Part shown: positions 57,698-64,000 of the stretch, in pieces
How the letters are laid out: each line of letters starts with the position of its first letter
Position numbering within the stretch: position 1 is the first letter of the stretch
Source: Candidatus Omnitrophota bacterium
GTDB lineage: Bacteria; Omnitrophota; Gorgyraeia; Zapsychrales; Fredricksoniimonadaceae
Length of the DNA stretch: 64,000 nucleotides
NCBI GenBank assembly: GCA_903860135.1
Contig: CAIOPG010000017.1
Coordinates: forward strand, 203,364 to 267,363
Direction of reading: 5' to 3'
Notes under the pieces: generated by a model
What the model was told of the DNA's origin: nothing
Database searches by the model: none
What the model saw: the letters and a program-made list of their open reading frames with translations, nothing else
Program-made: the position numbers and the translations under genes

Positions 57698-59091
57698 CGT
57701 GCGACCTCCTTTAAGAGAACAACATTATCCACGCTCAATTCTCCGGATAAAAATAACAGGCGGGCGCGCGCGAGGCGTAACCCGGCCATGGCCTTTTCAT
57801 TGGCCTGGACTGCCTGCCAATAAGCCATGCGCATCTCCATAAGATCCACGATCGATTTACGCCCTTCATTATAAAGCGGCTCCATCAGCAAAGCCGCCTC
57901 CCGGGCGTCATCGGCCATCGCCTGAAAAACACCCCTGTTATCGCGCAATGCGGCGTAACGCGCATGCTCTTCAGCCTGCGCACGGCGCAGATCATCCTTG
58001 ACCGTTTGAATTTCTGATGCCAGACGGGCCCTTTGGGCAACGGCTTCTTTCAGGCGACCGGAACGGCCGGGATCAAACAACGGCATCTGTGCCCTGACAC
58101 CCACCGTGAAATTATTCCCGCCGGGCACCGCGAGCCTGTCACGGTCATTGACCGCGCTCGCGAAAGCGCCAAGGCTCGGCCATGCCGTTGAACGTTCCCG
58201 GCGAAGATCGCTATCCAGTGCCTCCAGGCGGGCTTCGAGCGCCAATATATCCGGGCGCCGATCGACCCCCCCGACGGCCCCATCACGCGCTTCACCATCG
58301 GGCACGTGCCCATCACCGGCCAAAGGAACATAGCTCCAAACCCGATTTCCTGATTCTCCCATCAAAATATTCACAAGCACCGCCATGGCGTGCTTCTGGC
58401 GCTCCATATCATGGCTGAGACGCATGAGCTCACCGTGCATGACCCGTGCCGCATAATAATCAGCCCCGAGGATCATGCCGCGCTCCTTGAGTTCCACGGC
58501 CTTGTGCATATCAGCAGCAGCACGGCGCAAGACCTCCTCGAGAACGAGCGACAACCTGTCGAGCGTCAAGGCATTCACAAAAGCATCCTGGGCCACAAGC
58601 AGCGCCTCCATGCGCGTAAATACCTCGGCCATGCCCCCCGCCTTGACCTCTGCCGCCGCAGAACGCGCACGGTAGATCGTCTGCATGGCATCCCACAAAG
58701 GGATCTCGGCGTGCACCCCGGCGGCAATATCCTGATGACGGCGCGGCGTATTCAAATGCTTGAGATCAAAATCCGACGCTGTAAACCGCTCCTGGCGTAA
58801 AAGCATCCCGAACACATTGACCGGTTCCTCACTGACCTGATACCCGGCAGATAAATTCAGCGACGGCCAAAACCCCGCCTTGGCCTGCATCTGCCGCCCC
58901 AACGCAACCTCCACATCAGCATGCGCGGCTTGAAGTGCCGGATAATAGGCCACAACCTTTTCACAGAAACGCTCGAGTGTCAGGCTTTCAGCCTGCGCCG
59001 CAACAGGCGTCATCCCGTCGGCGTGAACTGCCGGCATCAACACCAGCAACAAGCCTGCCCACAAAAAGCACATCCTTTTAAAGATCACCAT
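57694..59091 (-). CDS. TolC-family outer membrane protein
   Basis: Signal peptide, FWPSLNLSAGY, IPLWD/MPLFD, YNEG pattern. Confidence 0.88.
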   Translation of the reverse strand: MVIFKRMCFLWAGLLLVLMPAVHADGMTPVAAQAESLTLERFCEKVVAYYPALQAAHADVEVALGRQMQAKAGFWPSLNLSAGYQVSEEPVNVFGMLLRQERFTASDFDLKHLNTPRRHQDIAAGVHAEIPLWDAMQTIYRARSAAAEVKAGGMAEVFTRMEALLVAQDAFVNALTLDRLSLVLEEVLRRAAADMHKAVELKERGMILGADYYAARVMHGELMRLSHDMERQKHAMAVLVNILMGESGNRVWSYVPLAGDGHVPDGEARDGAVGGVDRRPDILALEARLEALDSDLRRERSTAWPSLGAFASAVNDRDRLAVPGGNNFTVGVRAQMPLFDPGRSGRLKEAVAQRARLASEIQTVKDDLRRAQAEEHARYAALRDNRGVFQAMADDAREAALLMEPLYNEGRKSIVDLMEMRMAYWQAVQANEKAMAGLRLARARLLFLSGELSVDNVVLLKEVAR

Positions 59092-59157
59092 GGCCTTCCC
59101 CCCGAAAATTGAATATCAAGAAAATCTCTAACACCCTTCATCCATCGTAATATCTGG

Positions 59158-59186
59158 ATAATACATTTATTGCGTGCGCTTGTCAA
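59158..59186 (-). promoter_or_regulatory. Sigma70-like promoter of the tolC-RND operon
   Basis: TTGACA-17 nt-TATTAT. Confidence 0.65.
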
Positions 59187-59231
59187 CCCTTGCCACCCAA
59201 GGATACCAGCCTTACCAATACCTGATTTTTT

Positions 59232-59567
59232 TTATTTAAGAAGACCGTTCAAACGCCGCGTCGAGGAATCATCCATGGCCGTGAAATAAATGGCAAGACC
59301 CTCCCCCACAACGATGCGTGAAATGCGTGCTTGGCCATGAACAGCAGGCTCGGCATGAACAGGAGAACACTGGATAGAAAAACCAACTTCATCATTGAGT
59401 TTAAGATAAACAGTACTTTTCATCGTAATAAAAGCACTCTTCGATGACAGATCTTTTAACAACCCGTCGATCGTCAACTGCGAACCGACGCTGATCTTCG
59501 CCGGAAGCTCCACGCCGACGCGCGACTCCAGTCGCTGCTCGTCTGATTTCCTTAAATAACTCATCAC
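59232..59567 (-). CDS. PilZ domain protein
   Basis: RLESR (RxxxR) and DLSSKS (D/NxSxxG-like). Confidence 0.75.
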   Translation of the reverse strand: MMSYLRKSDEQRLESRVGVELPAKISVGSQLTIDGLLKDLSSKSAFITMKSTVYLKLNDEVGFSIQCSPVHAEPAVHGQARISRIVVGEGLAIYFTAMDDSSTRRLNGLLK

Positions 59568-59579
59568 GCCTCCTGCGGA

Positions 59580-60197
59580 TTAATAATTCTCGACCCTGAG
59601 TTCAAACACAGACTGCGGATTCTGGCACACCGGACACGCCCGGGGCGCCTGTTTGCCAATATGAATATAACCGCATTCGCGGCAAACCCACGCGGCCTCG
59701 GTATCCTTCGCAAACACCTGGCCTTCCTTCACATTCACCGCCAGCTTCCGAAAACGATCTTCGTGCTCTTTCTCGACCTTGGCCACCATGCGAAACTGAT
59801 TGGCGATCTTGACAAATCCTTCCTTCTCGGCGACATCAGCAAAATGCGGGTAAATATCCACAAATTCCTCATGCTCTCCATTGGCCGCGGCCACAAGATT
59901 ATCGAATGTCCCTGCCACGATCCCCGCCGGATAAACCGCCGTGATCTCAACCGCACCACCTTCGAGGAACGCAAAGAAGACCTCCGCATGATGTTCTTCA
60001 TTGTGTGCTGTTTCCAGAAAGATCGCCGCGATCTGGTCAAAACCGTCCTCTTTGGCAACCCCGGCGAACATCTTGTACCTGTTACGTGCCTGCGACTCCC
60101 CCGCAAACGCCTTCAGCAAATTCTTTTCCGTTTCAGTCCCGCTCAGGGATTTACCATTTTTGTAAGCTGTAAATTTCTCGCGTAATTCTTTTTTCAT
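59580..60197 (-). CDS. rbr: Rubrerythrin
   Basis: AFAGESQARNRY, ExxH pairs, CRECG...CPVC. Confidence 0.95.
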   Translation of the reverse strand: MKKELREKFTAYKNGKSLSGTETEKNLLKAFAGESQARNRYKMFAGVAKEDGFDQIAAIFLETAHNEEHHAEVFFAFLEGGAVEITAVYPAGIVAGTFDNLVAAANGEHEEFVDIYPHFADVAEKEGFVKIANQFRMVAKVEKEHEDRFRKLAVNVKEGQVFAKDTEAAWVCRECGYIHIGKQAPRACPVCQNPQSVFELRVENY

Positions 60198-60274
60198 ACA
60201 GCAGTCTCCTGATATATTCATTAACTGATATTATATAAGATATAGCGATGACACGCCCCTGTCAATGCCAACAC

Positions 60275-60304
60275 AAAAAAGCCGCCACATTAAACTGTGA
60301 CGGC
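60275..60304 (-). terminator. Rho-independent terminator
   Basis: GCCGCCACA/TGTGACGGC stem followed by T6 on the minus strand. Confidence 0.7.
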
Positions 60305-60409
60305 CTTTGGCATCAAAAAATTATTCTGGGAATCGTATCAACCCCAAAAAACCTGCCCATCAACAACTGTGAGATAATTTTCTGCGTAGCGTACATTCCT
60401 TGCCAATAA

Positions 60410-60832
60410 TTACTTAAACGGATCAATGATCCTAACCCCGTCTATACATCGGTCGTGTTGCATATCTTCAGAATAAACGACACGGCATCCGGCTTCACCG
60501 GCAGCAACAAGGATCAGCGCATCATAAAATGAAAAACCGGTTTCTTCACTCATATTCAGCGCGCGGGTATAACTGGCAGCTGTGGGATAAACAGCGCATA
60601 AAGGCAGCAGAACATCCTCCAGATACATATGTATATCCCGTCGGTTCAACTTGACCGCAAATTTCTTGATAGCGACATTCAAAAACTCCTGGACTACCTG
60701 TGAACTGATCAATCCTGCATCATGCTCCATGGCATCGTCGATGAGTCTCACCGCCTTCTTCTGCTTGTCCGGAGCCGCATGATCAAAGCTGTAAACAAGA
60801 ATATTGGTGTCCAGAAAATACTTAGCGCTCAT
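60410..60832 (-). CDS. PIN-domain (VapC) toxin
   Basis: FLDTNILVY, QVVQEF, FYDALI, SEDM. Confidence 0.92.
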   Translation of the reverse strand: MSAKYFLDTNILVYSFDHAAPDKQKKAVRLIDDAMEHDAGLISSQVVQEFLNVAIKKFAVKLNRRDIHMYLEDVLLPLCAVYPTAASYTRALNMSEETGFSFYDALILVAAGEAGCRVVYSEDMQHDRCIDGVRIIDPFK

Positions 60833-61040
60833 TTAATTCTTCCCGCGTAAATTTCTTCCCCGGCGAGGCATAGGACAATTTCTTCATCAGGTCGCGGTAT
60901 TTTCCATCGCGCCCCTGACGGACATAGCCCGTGATCCATTCACGAAAAAGGACATTCAACACCTTCCGCTCCTGCACCGCTTTCTCGCGCGCTTTACGTA
61001 ACAACAAAGGTTCAACTGTAAATGTTACATTCGTCAACAT
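60822..61040 (-). CDS. Antitoxin (RHH-like) of the PIN toxin
   Basis: GAGGAGG RBS, NVTF...KKFTREELNER, overlaps toxin; CACGAA-G-TTCGTG dyad upstream. Confidence 0.8.
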   Translation of the reverse strand: MLTNVTFTVEPLLLRKAREKAVQERKVLNVLFREWITGYVRQGRDGKYRDLMKKLSYASPGKKFTREELNER

Positions 61041-61358
61041 AGGCATCCTCCTCAATGAAATGTACACGAAGTTCGTGCGCCTGTCAAGATGCCCCAAGCT
61101 GCTAATGGCAAATAGTAATAACTCAGCTCGTGGAAGGACCGTCAACAGATCAATCGAATGAAACATGGGTGGAGGGCAACCAACAACGGTGACCACTCCT
61201 CGACCAACCGCAGGTTCTGTCAAAATTAACTCTTTCCCTGAGCTCCACGCGAGTTTGGGAATCCAAACCACAACATTCGACTATAACTCTTTGGAAATCC
61301 GATCGATGATTATCCGGGGTTGACTATCGATATTTTTTTAATACCTGCTAATATCTTC

Positions 61359-61414
61359 TTGACAAGCTTAAAAAACGATCTAAAGTATATAAAATCAATA
61401 GACATAATAGGATA
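61359..61414 (+). promoter_or_regulatory. Putative promoter and Rrf2 operator region
   Basis: TTGACA-16 nt-TAAAGT followed by AT-rich ATCAATAGACATAATAGGAT. Confidence 0.45.
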
Positions 61415-61418
61415 GTAT

Positions 61419-61859
61419 ATGAAAATCACACACAAGGGCGATTACGCATTGAAGGCGGTCTTGGATCTGGCTGTCCACTACGACGAAGGGGTTGTCACTA
61501 TCCAGGCGATCGCCAAACGCATTGATGCGCCTTCCAAATTCCTTGAACAAGTTTTATTGGAATTAAAACGCGGCGGGTTTATCGAGAGCCGCAGGGGGAA
61601 GATCGGCGGCTATATGTTGTCCAAACCTCCCCAGGATATCACGCTTGGAGAGATCATACGCTTCGTCGATGGGCCACTTGAGCCCATTGCCTGTGTCAAT
61701 AAAGGTTACGCGGACTGCCACGACCTGCACACCTGCGTCTTTCGGCCCGTCTGGCAAAAAGTATTTCAGGCAACATCGGCCATTGTCGATCACGTTACCT
61801 TTGAAACACTGGCCCGGGAAGTCAAGGCTTCCGAGAATATACCTACTTACTCGATTTGA
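61419..61859 (+). CDS. Rrf2 family regulator (IscR/CymR-like, three Cys)
   Basis: MKITHKGDYAL, SRRGKIGGY, C-x8-C-x5-C. Confidence 0.92.
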   Translation: MKITHKGDYALKAVLDLAVHYDEGVVTIQAIAKRIDAPSKFLEQVLLELKRGGFIESRRGKIGGYMLSKPPQDITLGEIIRFVDGPLEPIACVNKGYADCHDLHTCVFRPVWQKVFQATSAIVDHVTFETLAREVKASENIPTYSI

Positions 61860-61870
61860 TATTTACAGTG

Positions 61871-61917
61871 CGGGGACACGTACCCAATACAAAGGGCGTA
61901 TGGGGTACATGTCCCCG
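61871..61917. repeat. 20-bp inverted repeat (18/20) between convergent genes, GGGACAC family
   Basis: CGGGGACACGTACCCAATAC ... GTATGGGGTACATGTCCCCG. Confidence 0.8.
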
Positions 61918-61923
61918 TTCTAA

Positions 61924-63231
61924 TTACAACGCTGATCGTTCAAACGCCTGTCCGATATCCCACAATAGATCGTCGACATTCTCAGTACCGATCGAGAACC
62001 GGATCTGTTCGGGTTTGACACCGGCGAGGCGTTGTTCGGCTTCGGTCAACTGGCCGTGCGTGACGGTGGCCGGATGCACAACGAGCGACTTTGAATCCCC
62101 GACATTAGCCAGGAATGAAAAAACCTTCATGCTCTCGATGAATTTTTTTGCACGCGCAAAGCCACCCTTGACGCCGAAAGCCAGGATCGCCCCCGGTCCC
62201 TTGGGCAGGTACTTCTTCGCTAACGCATAATACGGGCTGGTCTTAAGCCCGGGATAATTGATCCAGGCGACCTCAGGATGTGCCGCCAGATATTCAGCGA
62301 TCCGCTGGGCACTGGCCACCTGACGCGCAACGCGGAAAGATAACGTTTCAATCCCCTGAAGGAAAAGAAACGCATTGAACGGGCTCATGCACGCGCCAAA
62401 ATCACGCAGGTAATGCAGGCGCACCTTGATGATATAAGCGATATTGCCGACACCGGGATAATTGCCCCAGCGATCCCAGTGAATGAACCCGCTGTACGCC
62501 GGATCAGGCGTCGTGAAATCCGGAAACTTGCCGCTCTTGGCCCAGTCAAAGTTACCGCCATCGACGATCAATCCGCCGATGCTGGTGCCGTGCCCGCCGA
62601 TATACTTTGTGGCAGAATGCACAATGATATTGGCGCCATGATCAAAAGGCTTAAAAAGATACGGCGTGCCGAAGGTGTTATCAACGATCAGCGGGATGCC
62701 ATGCTCGGCGGCGATGCGCGCGACCTTTTCAAAATCAATGATGTTAATATCAGGGTTGCCAATGGTCTCAATGAAGATCGCCTTGGTCTTTTCATTGATC
62801 GCCCGACGGAAATTCTCGGGATCGACCGGATCCACGAGGCGCGTCTTGACCCCGTGCTTGGGCAGGGTGTTCTGGAACAGGTTGAAACTCCCGCCGTAAA
62901 GGGTTTTCGCCGCAACGATCTCATCACCGGTATGGGTGATATTGAGGATCGCATAGGCGGTAGCCGCTGAACCGGACGCAACCGCGAGGGCTCCTGTGCC
63001 GCCTTCAAGTGCCGCAATGCGGTTTTCCAGGACCTCGCAGGTCGGATTGGTGATACGGCTGTAATCAAAACCGAATTCCTCGACGGAGCTGATCAGCCTG
63101 GCCTGCTCAAAATTCTTGAACACGAAAGAGGTGGTCTGATAGATCGGCACCGCCCGCGCTCCGGTCACAGGATCAGGCACCTGCCCGGCATGGACCTGCA
63201 GGGTGTCAAAATGTAATTTTCTCTCGCTCAT
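61924..63231 (-). CDS. metY: O-acetylhomoserine sulfhydrylase
   Basis: PIYQTTSF, YSRITNPT, HSATKYIGGHG, ANVGDSKSL. Confidence 0.93.
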   Translation of the reverse strand: MSERKLHFDTLQVHAGQVPDPVTGARAVPIYQTTSFVFKNFEQARLISSVEEFGFDYSRITNPTCEVLENRIAALEGGTGALAVASGSAATAYAILNITHTGDEIVAAKTLYGGSFNLFQNTLPKHGVKTRLVDPVDPENFRRAINEKTKAIFIETIGNPDINIIDFEKVARIAAEHGIPLIVDNTFGTPYLFKPFDHGANIIVHSATKYIGGHGTSIGGLIVDGGNFDWAKSGKFPDFTTPDPAYSGFIHWDRWGNYPGVGNIAYIIKVRLHYLRDFGACMSPFNAFLFLQGIETLSFRVARQVASAQRIAEYLAAHPEVAWINYPGLKTSPYYALAKKYLPKGPGAILAFGVKGGFARAKKFIESMKVFSFLANVGDSKSLVVHPATVTHGQLTEAEQRLAGVKPEQIRFSIGTENVDDLLWDIGQAFERSAL

Positions 63232-63803
63232 ATTTTCTCCTTACCTGTGTAGTGTGATGACCCGGCGAATGCCACTTCCGGCTGGATTTGATACGCATCG
63301 AGTGCTTCATCAAGATCCACCTGCAACGCGCTGTTAAAAACATTATTCACGATCATGAGCGCGCCCAAAACCGTCAACTCAACGATCTGGGCGGGCGTCA
63401 GGAATGCCTGCAATGACTGAAAAAGGGCATCCTTCACGCGATTGGGATCCGCCGCCAGCTGACGGCCAAAAGCGACAACAGCTTGGTCTTTCTCGTCGAG
63501 CTTCAGATCACGCGGATCTTCGCCGCCTTTTAAGATCGCGCGGTTCATGTACGTCGCGCACAGGGTGCAGGCATTCTCGCGTGAGATCGCGTCGCAAAAA
63601 AGGATGGTGCGGCGCTCGCCGAGCACCGGCTTGACCTTGTCGTAAAGGGTGTACCATTCAAGCACAGCCTTTAATGCCGCCGGTGAATGCAGGAGCGTGG
63701 CTTTCATATTCGACACAGCCCCGTGTTTGGCAACGACCTTGTTATATTCCGCCTGAAGCTCCGGCGATGCGCTCTCATATTGAATGAGCGGTATACGTCC
63801 CAT
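63228..63803 (-). CDS. AhpD/carboxymuconolactone decarboxylase-like protein
   Basis: TLLHSP, SRENACTLC (CxxC), QIVEL. Confidence 0.75.
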   Translation of the reverse strand: MGRIPLIQYESASPELQAEYNKVVAKHGAVSNMKATLLHSPAALKAVLEWYTLYDKVKPVLGERRTILFCDAISRENACTLCATYMNRAILKGGEDPRDLKLDEKDQAVVAFGRQLAADPNRVKDALFQSLQAFLTPAQIVELTVLGALMIVNNVFNSALQVDLDEALDAYQIQPEVAFAGSSHYTGKEKI

Positions 63804-63812
63804 AGGATCTCC

Positions 63813-64000
63813 TTATTTCTTTATTGCTGATGCCTTAACCGCTTTAACCGCCGCGCCAACAGCCTCAATGACAATTGCCGCGATGCGGTCAATATCCTCA
63901 GCACTGATCACCAACGGCGGCGCCAGGCAGATCACATCATCGAGCACACGCGTATAAAGGCCGCGCTGAAAAAGCTCCTGCCGCACGCGTTTGCCGATCC
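63813..64000 (-). CDS. Class III aminotransferase, C-terminal part (truncated by window edge)
   Basis: RGLYTRVLDDVICLAPPLVISAEDIDRI. Confidence 0.75.
   Translation of the reverse strand, partial: IGKRVRQELFQRGLYTRVLDDVICLAPPLVISAEDIDRIAAIVIEAVGAAVKAVKASAIKK

Noticed and set aside
61041-61323. Long N-terminal extension of the antitoxin or small ORFs here
   Set aside because: Strong RBS and operator support the start at 61040; the other short ORFs lack evidence

Overview
Bacterial chromosomal window with nearly all genes on the minus strand. The lineage may be Omnitrophota-like, a tentative guess from one C-terminal motif. Housekeeping genes (metW/metX/nadA, miaB, ABC-F, ygiQ, cvfB, rubrerythrin, metY) alternate with accessory blocks. 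Main signals: (1) upstream of miaB, a ~10 kb array of unrelated cargo genes punctuated by several displaced copies of the miaB 5' end, seen as mini-ORFs ending T-Y-G-TGA-CCG at the position of the first MiaB Cys codon. This looks like a gene-cassette accretion system anchored in miaB, with no integrase in the window. (2) Downstream of miaB, a tightly coupled 10-gene biosynthetic operon: MarR, UbiA, OYE, ACP, alpha-oxoamine synthase, DAGK-family kinase, ThiL-like kinase, ketosynthase, SDR and radical SAM. It suggests an undescribed sphingoid-like lipid or natural product. (3) A two-partner secretion adhesin locus flanked by two arylsulfotransferases and a translationally coupled APS kinase. (4) Perfect 12-13 bp palindromes inside the coding sequence of the DUF1016 and RhuM genes, with compensatory changes between the two DUF1016 copies. 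(5) Several decayed or chimeric toxin and AAA genes. No rRNA, tRNA, CRISPR array, integrase or transposase was recognised. All calls come from motif reading by eye, without database searches.
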